Positions 49,301-57,550 of a DNA stretch of 64,000 nucleotides are shown here, in pieces. Source of the stretch: Cenarchaeum sp. (GTDB taxonomy: Archaea; Thermoproteota; Nitrososphaeria; Nitrososphaerales; Nitrosopumilaceae); contig CBDESU010000001.1 in assembly GCA_965242695.1 (NCBI GenBank), forward strand, positions 704,001 through 768,000, read 5' to 3'. Within the stretch, counting starts at the first letter, position 1. Each line of letters starts with the position of its first letter. The position numbers were made by a program, and so were the translations under genes. Below the pieces are notes generated by a model. The model was not told the DNA's origin. It searched no databases and saw only the letters and a program-made list of their open reading frames with translations.

Positions 49301-52300
49301 ACCAGGGGTGGGACAGGCGCGAGTGGAATGGCGACGGCAGGGCCAACATGACGACTATCAACACCACCACGTACGAGGTGGTGCGGACGATCTCGCTAGA
49401 GCACAGCGAGATCTCCGCTGTGAATTCAAGCGTTGTGACAAAAACGACAAGGTACGACCTGTCCGACCTCGTACTCGACGAGGCGCGTGACTTTGCATAC
49501 GTTTCGAACGCGCGGCCGGATGCCGCGTCGGGGCCGATCTTAGTAGTCAACACATCAGACACGACGCTGTTGCCCGCAGTGGTAAAGAACACAATTAACG
49601 ACACCAGTAACAGCGGCAATGTTGACGGCTGGGATGCGTACGACATTGGCGCCCCCGCGTCGTCCATGGCGGTTGATACAGAGACGGGCCTCGTGTATGC
49701 AGCAGTCCGTGTGGGGGACAGCATCCGGGGAGGTGGGAATGCCACCGATCCACCGAATCACTCTTGGGGCATTGCGACGCTGTCATTCGGTGACAGCGGT
49801 GACGCGGCGACGCAGAACTATACACAGTCCCACTTCTTGAGCATGGCCTCAAACCCTGCGACGGGGTGCCGCACAACTGACGACTACAACCGGTACCCGT
49901 GCAACGGCGCCGTACACGTCAGCGCCATGTACCTGGACACGGTCCGCAACAAACTGTTTGCCCTGTACGGCAACCACACCATATGGGCGTTCAAGCTGAA
50001 CGCCTCTGGCTACCCGGGCAATCCCACGGAGGTTGATGTTCGGCTCAAAGACCCTCCTCCCGCAAGCTACAACTACCGGGTACACGAGATCGGGGACGAG
50101 GCCGAGCAGGTGGAGCACAGGGAGATCACCAGCATCGTCCTAGACGCCGAGCGCGGCCTGCTCTATGCCTCGCTGTACGACTTTGCCAACCCGCGCGTCG
50201 CCGTCGTCAGCGCCGACAGCCACAAGCGCATCGGGCTGGCATCCGTGAGCAGCCAGGTAGGCGCGCTCGGACTCGATCCGTCAAGCGGCGACGTGTACGT
50301 GCTGCCGCAGTGGACGCCGAACGCGTACGTGATCGAGGCGCTGCCGAGGCCGGCACTGCAGATCATGATCGACAACGCCGCGTCGGGCGGTGCGATCATC
50401 GTTCCCGCCGGCACGTACGACGACACCGTCCTAGATATTACGAGGCCGCTGACGCTCGCATCTGCGGCGGGCCAGCCGGGCGCGGTGACGTTCACGGGGT
50501 ACTCGCGCATGGAGATCGAGGCGGACAATGTCACAATCCGCGGCCTTGAGTTCAGGGACACCGACTGCATGCCGGGCTTTGCCGCCTCGCTTGTCGAGCT
50601 GCGGACGTACCACGACCGCACGCGCGCCGGCATTACAATCGAGGACAACCTGTTCAGCAACACGTGCCATGCGGCCATCCAGCAGGAGGGGACGGGCGGC
50701 ATCAGCGGCATTGCAATCCGCGACAACTCGTTCGAGGGGATCGGACTGAAGGTGCCTGATGGCCGCGACCGGCCGGTTGACACTGGCGGCGAGAACGAGT
50801 ACCAGCTAATGCATGCGGCGATCGGCCTGGCGTTCCACCCCATCCAGAGCCCTGTCGGCGGCGACATATCTGGCAACCAGATCAACGGGACGAGCGCGGC
50901 CGGCATACGCGTCTTCAACGCCGACGGCATGACCATATCCAACAATGTCATAACAAACACGCCCGCAAGCGGCATCGGACTTGCGCACGGGCCGAGCAAC
51001 ACTGCCATCACGGACAACACCATAACAGATGCCAACAACAAGCCGAACCTAGACTACCTAGACGGCATAAATGGAAGCGGCGCGGCAGACTACTACAGGT
51101 TCATCAACCTGGAGCATCCCAACCCGTACCGCTACCTGGGCATGAGGGTCCTCACCGACAGCCCTGCAGAACCATCACCGGACGCGGCCATAAGCGTCTG
51201 GGCCGATGCCACAAACATCACCGTCACGGACAACACGATCAGCAAAAGTGACGGCGCGTTTACCGTGTGCACGGGAGTGTGCGCGTTCGAGAGCGACAGG
51301 CCCGTTCGCAACAACTCGCGAAACGTGCCAGACAACTCCGTGGCGATCAACGGAGAGGTACTAGTAAAGAAAAACACTTTCCGCGCGTACAGCGGGCCGG
51401 ACAACAACGGAACGCTCGTGAGGAGCTACGCCCTTGGAACTCTTGACGCCACGGGCAACATATTTGACAACACTGCCGCCAAGGATGCGGTTGCCGGAAT
51501 GGTTTTCTATGGCGGGGGCTCAGACGATCGCGACTCCGGGGCCGACGCGTCGTTTGCATCCGCAAACACTGTCCGCATACGCTACGACGCCCCGCTGGGC
51601 CCGCCTGCGGGCCACTCTGGCCCCGTCTACGGCAACATTACGGGGCCCGGCGGCCTGAACGAGGCGCCCACATCCGTGTTGGGAGTGCACACCAAGTTGC
51701 ACACGATAACGTTTGGCGGGGACGACGTGGGCGACATGCAGAACGGCACGATTGCACTCAACGTAGACCTCCGGGGAGCCGACAGGGGCAGCGTTCCGTA
51801 CGCCTATACCGACGACTCGATTCACGTAAAGCCTCGGCTGACGGTATCCGAGGTGTCGACACCCAACCAGACGGGAACGTACCCGGCGGGGTCGAACATC
51901 ACGATCACGGTAGAGTTCACCCGCACGGCGATCGTCACGACGGGCGCCGGCTACGGGCCAACAATCGAGATGGAGACGGGCGAGGACGACCGCGAGGCAA
52001 CGTACGTGGGAGGGAGCGGGACGCCGAGCCTCTCGTTCCTGTACACCGCAAGGCCGAGCGACAGAACCGACGCGCTGAACTACACGGGCGCGGGCGCCCT
52101 CAGGCTCAGCGGTGCGTCGATTAGCGACACGGCAGGCTCCCCCGCCGTCCTGTCCCTGCCGGCGCCGCCGGACCTGCCTGCCAACGCCTCCCTGAAGATC
52201 GGCGTCGAGCCGAACGTAAGGCTGGAGTCTGCCGCATTCTCGTCACCCACCTCGGCGCGGTTCGTATACAACGCGTCCCTGAGTGCGGCGCAGGGCGACT

Positions 52301-54315
52301 ATTCCAGCCTGCGCGTGGGCCCGCAGAACACGACGGCGCCCATTACGAGCTTGGGCGGTTCTGGCACCCGAGCCCACACGGTCTCCTTTGACGCGATGTA
52401 TGCGGTCAACGCCTCGGCGATCGGGCGCATCGACATTGCGCCGCTCGCATCGTTGCCGCCCCTGCCCCTCGGAAGCCAGTTCGGCGGCGTCGACGGCAGG
52501 ATCGTGAACAGCAGCGCGGATGTGGGGATGTCGGCCGCCGCGCCGCCCGGCTCGCCGCCCGTCGAGATCGGCCCGGACGGATTTGTGACCCGGGTCATTG
52601 GCGCTGGTAGCGCGGCGATCCGCGTCCCGGGCGGCATGCTCCCCGCAGCAAGCAACGTCATGATCGAGGCGGCCGTGGCCACGGTCGTGTTTGCGGCGGG
52701 GACGAACATTACCGTCGCCGGCACCACAGACCCGTACACCGAGCCGATCAATGTCACCGAGGCCGGCGCCGATCGCCGAGACGACGCCATCGCCGGCGTC
52801 GCTGGACTTGGGGACCGCGGTGCACACGACAGGATCGGCACCGTCGTTGAGGTCGGCGACCCGAGCGCGGACATTGCGCTGGACAGCCCTGCCCGCATCC
52901 TGCTGAAGGACCGGCCGTCGCCTGCCAAGGTGTACCACATGAACAGTAGCGGCAAGGTCGCCGAGATACCAGCGTGCGGCAGCGCCGTTGATCCCGAGGG
53001 CTGGCTGGCAAACAACACCGGCGTACCGCCGTTCTGCCACGTGACATCGGGCGGCGGCTCGGACTCGAAAGACTATACGATCTACACGTACCGGCTCAGC
53101 GCATTCTTCGTGGTCGGCGACCCGCCTCCCACGGCCCCGGCGCCGCGGGTGGTGGCCCCGCCGGCCTCCACGTACGTCCCGCCGACCGTCTACTTTGGCG
53201 GCGGAGGCGGCGGAGGCGGCGGAGGCGGCGGAGGCGGCGGAGGCGGCGGAGGCGGCGGAGGCGCGCGCACCGGCGCCGGCGTCACGCTGTACACGGCCTC
53301 TTGGGACTGCAACGAGGGGACGCTCCAGGTCGTGGTCAACGCCGGAATAAGCCCCGACATCCGCATCCTGTCGTCCGACGGCTCGGTCGCCGCCAAGAGG
53401 AGCGACGGGCCGCATCCCTTCGGCCGCGCCGTCTACAAGGCTCCCCTGCCGGCCGACACGATAATCTCCGTCAGGGCAACGCTGGCCGAGGGCAGGACGT
53501 TTTCGATGGCGTCCGAGACCGTCCGCACGGGCGGGCAGTGCACGGGCGAGGCATTCTTCAAGTCGTACGACGGGCCGGCAGGGCCGCAGCAGCCGCCGCC
53601 GCGCCAGCAGCAGCCGCAGCAGGAGCGGCCCGACCCGCCAACGGCGTCCGACCCGCCCAGGACTAGCACCCCGCCTCCGCCACCTCCTCCCCCTCCGCCG
53701 GCGCCTCCTGCCGCTCCGCCTCAGGCCCCCGCACCCCCTGCCGCCGAGACGCCTCCCTCTGCCACCCCTCCCGCGATCACCATACCCGACCCGCCGCCCG
53801 ACGAGCCTCCCGCCGCTGTGCAGCCCCCCGCGGCCCCTCCGTCCGAGATCACCATACCCGACCCGCCGCCAGACCCAGACGAGCAGCCTCCCGCAGCGGC
53901 CGCAGACGACGACAGGCGCGGCGGCTGCCTGATCGCGACGGCCGCGTACGGGACCGAGCTCGCCCCGCAGGTGCAGCGCCTCCGCGAGGTCCGCGACGGC
54001 ACCCTCTTGACGACCGAGGCCGGCAGGTCGTTCATGGCCGCGTTCAGCCCCGCCTACTATGCATTCTCGCCGCAGGCGGCCGACCTGGAGCGCGGCCACC
54101 CTGCCCTCCGCCACACCGTCGCCGCCCTTGCCGCGCCGATGCTCCTTGCACTCACCGTCGTCGATGCGGCCGAGCCGGGCTCCGAGCACGGCGTCGTCGC
54201 GTACGGAATACTGGCGATCGCCCTCGTCGCCGGCATGTACGTTGCGGCGCCGGCGGCCGGCGCCTGGTATGCGGTGCGGCTGGCCCGCGGCCGCTCGCGC
54301 CGCCGGACGGCCTAG
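46348..54315 (+). CDS. giant secreted/surface protein: duplicated beta-propeller + beta-helix module, Gly/Pro-rich stalk, CFI-box-CTERM anchor
   Basis: Signal peptide; two homologous modules of about 850 aa; I..N.I beta-helix periodicity; GGCLIATAAYGTELAPQVQRLRE plus TM helix. Confidence 0.88.
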   Translation: MTAFLLAAVALAALVSAVALEPGAAHAQGVDEGCLPVGSADCAYRVTRTLHVGDIEPSIIRVDPVTGHVYVANEPHTSSRDSGHAHLRIYNNSAAGHDLIKDIRFGGANSRIADFEINNMTREIHVAHLWGVGDAEQGWDGRVFNDDGRANLTTISIDTYEIVKTIELGHRETARDNDSDTVDTTRYVVWDIAVDEARDVAYVSSKNDGQGPVLVVNTSDTTLLDTVVNHTAGSGPSGAWNAYKTAAPVSAMAVDPASGEVYAAARIGDLRDASSPPSHSWGIARLSFFDDDDRVTPNYQRLSFLNMTSNPHPVNGTCSDNDYNDHPCDNDVLVHALHLDASRNQLFALYDNHTVWAFKIGDGGNLTAPVEVDVRGGGDAPFHGEDQIRDIALDAERGLLYVVRYDYTDPRVVVIDATDSLHYAEIGSASLTSQPVGIGLGRAGGAVYVLPQWSPHAYVIEAKMKSNLQKMIDGASAGDTIRIPAGTYNNTVLDITKPLTLTPETGVLGDVVFTGHSRMEIEADNVTVRGLVFRDTACLPGYGAPLIEIRTQRVTHRNNLAVEDNIFRNTCHPAIQQEGIGKIVNVSIRGNVFENIGLNLPAGETEPLDTGGVNEFQVAHGAIGLAYHPGQGSVGGVVADNRISGTSAAGIRVFRADGLAITGNYIENTPASAVGLAHSPRNVVVADNIIAGANSEPDLDYLAGVNGSGEQGYYRFVNLNEKDAYAYLGYAPYHSTASNMSIAKDFDELAKAGIPWRNGTAIPSPDAAINIWSTATNVNVTGNTISGSDGALTVCTGVCAYESDGFVRPRDRNIAPIAGTEGIAGSVAFTGNTVYAHAGPDNGGALVVSHANGTINATDNRYFGCDMAGDPVHTAGNVENGSAQYEEGGCDVFHVTRTLPVGDIVPSIVRVNPNTDHVYVSNRPHLGAMDQNYSHLRIYDSRGNGHALIKDVQFNGTNSRIVDFEINSRTGEMHVVHLWGVGDADQGWDRREWNGDGRANMTTINTTTYEVVRTISLEHSEISAVNSSVVTKTTRYDLSDLVLDEARDFAYVSNARPDAASGPILVVNTSDTTLLPAVVKNTINDTSNSGNVDGWDAYDIGAPASSMAVDTETGLVYAAVRVGDSIRGGGNATDPPNHSWGIATLSFGDSGDAATQNYTQSHFLSMASNPATGCRTTDDYNRYPCNGAVHVSAMYLDTVRNKLFALYGNHTIWAFKLNASGYPGNPTEVDVRLKDPPPASYNYRVHEIGDEAEQVEHREITSIVLDAERGLLYASLYDFANPRVAVVSADSHKRIGLASVSSQVGALGLDPSSGDVYVLPQWTPNAYVIEALPRPALQIMIDNAASGGAIIVPAGTYDDTVLDITRPLTLASAAGQPGAVTFTGYSRMEIEADNVTIRGLEFRDTDCMPGFAASLVELRTYHDRTRAGITIEDNLFSNTCHAAIQQEGTGGISGIAIRDNSFEGIGLKVPDGRDRPVDTGGENEYQLMHAAIGLAFHPIQSPVGGDISGNQINGTSAAGIRVFNADGMTISNNVITNTPASGIGLAHGPSNTAITDNTITDANNKPNLDYLDGINGSGAADYYRFINLEHPNPYRYLGMRVLTDSPAEPSPDAAISVWADATNITVTDNTISKSDGAFTVCTGVCAFESDRPVRNNSRNVPDNSVAINGEVLVKKNTFRAYSGPDNNGTLVRSYALGTLDATGNIFDNTAAKDAVAGMVFYGGGSDDRDSGADASFASANTVRIRYDAPLGPPAGHSGPVYGNITGPGGLNEAPTSVLGVHTKLHTITFGGDDVGDMQNGTIALNVDLRGADRGSVPYAYTDDSIHVKPRLTVSEVSTPNQTGTYPAGSNITITVEFTRTAIVTTGAGYGPTIEMETGEDDREATYVGGSGTPSLSFLYTARPSDRTDALNYTGAGALRLSGASISDTAGSPAVLSLPAPPDLPANASLKIGVEPNVRLESAAFSSPTSARFVYNASLSAAQGDYSSLRVGPQNTTAPITSLGGSGTRAHTVSFDAMYAVNASAIGRIDIAPLASLPPLPLGSQFGGVDGRIVNSSADVGMSAAAPPGSPPVEIGPDGFVTRVIGAGSAAIRVPGGMLPAASNVMIEAAVATVVFAAGTNITVAGTTDPYTEPINVTEAGADRRDDAIAGVAGLGDRGAHDRIGTVVEVGDPSADIALDSPARILLKDRPSPAKVYHMNSSGKVAEIPACGSAVDPEGWLANNTGVPPFCHVTSGGGSDSKDYTIYTYRLSAFFVVGDPPPTAPAPRVVAPPASTYVPPTVYFGGGGGGGGGGGGGGGGGGGGGGARTGAGVTLYTASWDCNEGTLQVVVNAGISPDIRILSSDGSVAAKRSDGPHPFGRAVYKAPLPADTIISVRATLAEGRTFSMASETVRTGGQCTGEAFFKSYDGPAGPQQPPPRQQQPQQERPDPPTASDPPRTSTPPPPPPPPPPAPPAAPPQAPAPPAAETPPSATPPAITIPDPPPDEPPAAVQPPAAPPSEITIPDPPPDPDEQPPAAAADDDRRGGCLIATAAYGTELAPQVQRLREVRDGTLLTTEAGRSFMAAFSPAYYAFSPQAADLERGHPALRHTVAALAAPMLLALTVVDAAEPGSEHGVVAYGILAIALVAGMYVAAPAAGAWYAVRLARGRSRRRTA
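53197..53262 (+). repeat. (GGCGGCGGA)n microsatellite encoding 22 Gly
   Basis: Perfect 9-bp periodicity. Confidence 0.9.
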
Positions 54316-54379
54316 GATCCTGCTCCAAAGCGGCAGCACGCGCCGTACCTTAATATTGCCACCGGGTTTGGGCGCGCCG

Positions 54380-55090
54380 TTGGTTACGCCTAGGAACTGG
54401 GTCGCCGAGGGCATCGCGACGTACGCGCTCGTGTTCTTTGGGCCCCTGTCGGTCGTACTGTCGGTCGTCGCGTTCGGCGACGGCCTCTCGACCGAGGCCA
54501 TACTGATGATCGCGCTCGGCCACGGCGCCGCAATCGGGATAATGGTGTACGCGTTTGGGCACATATCCGGCGCGCACATAAACCCCGCCGTCACCATACC
54601 GATGGTACTCCTCAGGAAGATGAGTCCCGCCGATGGCGCCGGGTACGTCGGCTTCCAGCTCATCGGGGCCGTCCTGGCGTCGCTCACGCTGTTTGCGCTC
54701 CTGCCCGGCGAGGGCATGGAGGTCGGGCTCGGCGCCCACACGGGGCCGAGCGACCTGCTCGCCGGCAGCGCCGTGTCTGGGTTTGTCGCCGAGGTCATCT
54801 TTACGTTCTTCCTGGTGGTGACGATATTCGGCGTCGCGGTCCACAAGAGGGCGCCTGCCGGCATCGCAGGCGTGGCCATCGGCGGCATGGTGTTTCTACT
54901 CCACGTCGTCGGCGTGCCGCTCACGGGCGCATCGATGAACCCAGCGCGGTCGTTCGCGCCGGCGCTCGTGTCTGGCACGTGGGACTTTCAGTGGATGTAC
55001 TGGGCGGCCCCCATAATCGGCGGGATCATCGCCGCCGTCGTCATGAGCTACCTGTACACGAACCGGGCCGAGAAAGAGGCCGAGGGCTAG
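54380..55090 (+). CDS. MIP-family aquaporin
   Basis: SGAHINPAVT and GASMNPARS (two NPA motifs); six hydrophobic helices. Confidence 0.95.
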   Translation: MVTPRNWVAEGIATYALVFFGPLSVVLSVVAFGDGLSTEAILMIALGHGAAIGIMVYAFGHISGAHINPAVTIPMVLLRKMSPADGAGYVGFQLIGAVLASLTLFALLPGEGMEVGLGAHTGPSDLLAGSAVSGFVAEVIFTFFLVVTIFGVAVHKRAPAGIAGVAIGGMVFLLHVVGVPLTGASMNPARSFAPALVSGTWDFQWMYWAAPIIGGIIAAVVMSYLYTNRAEKEAEG

Positions 55091-55125
55091 GCGGGCCCGG
55101 GGCGGCGGCACGGGCGGAACCTGCA

Positions 55126-55536
55126 ATGCAGCCCGACGGCGATCCTGACGCGGCCGCGCGCGCCCTGGCGCGGATTGCAGAGGCCGGGGACGTCGAGTCG
55201 ATGTCCGTCGAGGATGTGGTCGCCGCGTACTACAAGGCCCTGAGCATGCGCGCGCATATGGAGGCGGCCCGGGCGGAAGGCGGCAGCGGCGCCGGGAGCG
55301 CGGGCGCTGTCGCGGCCGCCGATGCGGCCCTAGAGGCGTTTGACGCCCGGTTCCACCCGCGCGCCATGGCCCGCCTCGAGTCCATGTCGGCCGGCCTTGC
55401 CGAGCGGCTGGAGCGGGAGGACGAGGACGAGGACGGCGGCGGCGGCGGGGATGAAGGCGAGTTTGACCGCCTGCGCGCGGCAATGAGCGCAGCCGAGTTT
55501 GCCAGGCAGTACGACAGGGGGCTGCGCGGGGGCTGA
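55126..55536 (+). CDS. hypothetical protein
   Basis: Ala-rich helical ORF downstream of the aquaporin on the same strand. Confidence 0.6.
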   Translation: MQPDGDPDAAARALARIAEAGDVESMSVEDVVAAYYKALSMRAHMEAARAEGGSGAGSAGAVAAADAALEAFDARFHPRAMARLESMSAGLAERLEREDEDEDGGGGGDEGEFDRLRAAMSAAEFARQYDRGLRGG

Positions 55537-55625
55537 CCGCCGCAGCCGCCGCCGGCCCCGCCGCGGGCGAGGATCTGCCGCGCCTGCAGCGCGCACTGGC
55601 CGCCGGCCTGCCCGGCGGCCGCCCC

Positions 55626-56411
55626 GTGGGAGGCAGGCTCGTCGAGGCAGTCCCGCTCGCCGATCCGGGGGGCTGCGCCGGCCGCCACCGCATGCTCTGC
55701 GGGCTCGCCGCGGCCAGCCCCGTCTACGGCGGGCCGGGCAAAGAGGCGGACATCGGCGGGGCGCGCTGCACCGTCCTAGAGGGGGACACAAACCGCCTGT
55801 GGCTCGGCAGCGTGCGCAATGCGCGCTCTAGGGCGCCGTTCTCGCCGACATGGCTCGCATCGGCGTACGGGCTCGCCGCGGCGGCGCGCGATGCGGGGTG
55901 CGCCGAGGCCGTCGATATAGGGTCCGGCGACGGGCGCATCGCGCACTGCGCGGCCCTGCTCGGCATGCGCTCGCACTCGATAGAGCTCGACGCCCGCCTG
56001 GCGGGGCTGCAGCGGGGCGTTGCGGAGCGGATCGGCGCGGATATCGACGTGCGGCAGGCCGATGCGGCGTCGTTCGACTATGCCTCGCTCGGCCTGGCGC
56101 GGCCGGCGTTCTTTGTAGGCGGCCTAGCCCAGATGGGCGGCGATGCGCTCGCCGGCGCGGCCGCGTCATACGCCGCCTCGTCGCTGCCGGCAGGCGCGGC
56201 CCTGTTCGTGCTGCCCGGGACGCTCTCCCCAAAGTACGCCCCCGACCCATACTCGATGGCCGGGTGGGGCCGGACGGTGGCCGGCGCGCGGCTGCGCGTC
56301 GAGCGGACCGTCCGCCTGCCGGCGGCGTGGACGCTCGGCGAGGCCGATGCCGTGCCGTACCTCCTTGCGCGCACGGGCGGCCCCAGCCAGGCAGGCGATC
56401 GCGGGGAGTGA
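55626..56411 (+). CDS. class I SAM-dependent methyltransferase-like protein
   Basis: AVDIGSGDGRI, SIELD, QADA; the true start may be further upstream. Confidence 0.75.
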   Translation: MGGRLVEAVPLADPGGCAGRHRMLCGLAAASPVYGGPGKEADIGGARCTVLEGDTNRLWLGSVRNARSRAPFSPTWLASAYGLAAAARDAGCAEAVDIGSGDGRIAHCAALLGMRSHSIELDARLAGLQRGVAERIGADIDVRQADAASFDYASLGLARPAFFVGGLAQMGGDALAGAAASYAASSLPAGAALFVLPGTLSPKYAPDPYSMAGWGRTVAGARLRVERTVRLPAAWTLGEADAVPYLLARTGGPSQAGDRGE

Positions 56412-56561
56412 GGCGCGGGATCGGCGCCCGTTCCGCGCCGCAGGGGGGCCGTGGACAGGCAGAACGGGCGGCGGGCGCCGCATGCTCGGCCGCCGGGCCG
56501 CCCGCAGGCGCGCATCTTGGCCGGGCGATACCCAAATTAAGCACGCCTGCCAACGCGGGCC

Positions 56562-56636
56562 GGATCCGTTGCACAGCATGGATAGTGCGAACGCTTGCGG
56601 AGCGTTAGGTCGCCGGTTCGAGTCCGGTCGGGTCCG
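56562..56636 (+). tRNA. tRNA-Arg(GCG)
   Basis: GGATCCG/CGGGTCC acceptor stem, GCAC/GTGC D stem, AACGC-TT GCG GA-GCGTT anticodon arm, GCCGG TTCGAGT CCGGT T arm; no encoded CCA; TTAA box about 24 bp upstream. Confidence 0.95.
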
Positions 56637-56850
56637 CTCACCTTCAACCGCCCCGTCAGGGGCCAGCGCCCTCCACCCTGGTCGTAAACCGCCCGCAGTT
56701 GCACCCCGTGACCAGGCACCTACCCGAGCCGTCCATGTGGGCGGCGCGGTCGTGGTAGCACCCCGTATCCAGGTTCCGGCACTGCAACGGCGCGGCGGCC
56801 GCGCCGCGCGGTTATAACGCTCGCGAGCCTCCGCCGGCGCCGCGCACGGC

Positions 56851-57030
56851 CTAGGCGCCCCCAAATACAATGCACTGCTCGCACTCGCACTGCTCGCGCT
56901 TGCCGTCCTTGGCAAGGCACTTGGCATGCTGCCCCGCCTGGCACTGCACGCACACCTCGTCGAGGTTGTCGACGGACGTGTACTTGCGGGACTGGTCGAA
57001 CCCGAACCCTCCGTCGCGCGGGCCGACCAT
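56851..57030 (-). CDS. small Cys-rich protein
   Basis: CVQC...H..C...CECEQC. Confidence 0.65.
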   Translation of the reverse strand: MVGPRDGGFGFDQSRKYTSVDNLDEVCVQCQAGQHAKCLAKDGKREQCECEQCIVFGGA

Positions 57031-57107
57031 GGCGGCGGCCCGCGGCGGGGCCATATCTGCCTTGCGGGCCGCATAGGTTCATTATCCTGCCCGCCCCGCG
57101 GCGCGGC

Positions 57108-57206
57108 GTGAAGCGGTGGGAGAAGATATTCGCTTGGGTCGCCATCATCGGCGGCGGCATCGGCATATTCCTGCTTTCGGATGTCGTAGTCGACCTCATG
57201 AGGTAG
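57108..57206 (+). CDS. 32-aa single-transmembrane microprotein
   Basis: MKRWEKIFAWVAIIGGGIGIFLLSDVVVDLMR; TCATTAT box about 25 bp upstream of GTG. Confidence 0.55.
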   Translation: MKRWEKIFAWVAIIGGGIGIFLLSDVVVDLMR

Positions 57207-57299
57207 GCGCGCCCGCCTGGCGCCGCCGCCGCGAGGCGGGCCGGGCTGCCGGATGGATGGGCGCCGCAACGTTCGCGGCGGCCTGCCGCACCTGGGAGT

Positions 57300-57353
57300 G
57301 TGCCCACATTTTTTGCCATGGAATTGAAATTTTGATCAAAAAATGGTGGGCAC
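57300..57353. repeat. 54-bp AT-rich imperfect palindrome, copy 1
   Basis: gtgcccac-attttt...aaaaaatg-gtgggcac; homologous to 62064-62117. Confidence 0.8.
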
Positions 57354-57550
57354 GGCTGCGCCATACGGCGACCGTCGTGCACCACAAGATGGGAAGGAGA
57401 GAGGGGATCGGCCGCGCCGGCGCATCCGTGCAAGGCTGCGGCTGCGAACCTGATGCGGCGGCCCGCCCGCTATTGCGCACCGGCGCCTGCGCCTGCCGGA
57501 ACGAGCGCGGCGCCGGATGCGCCTGCCCGGCGGCGGCGGCGGCAGCTGGA

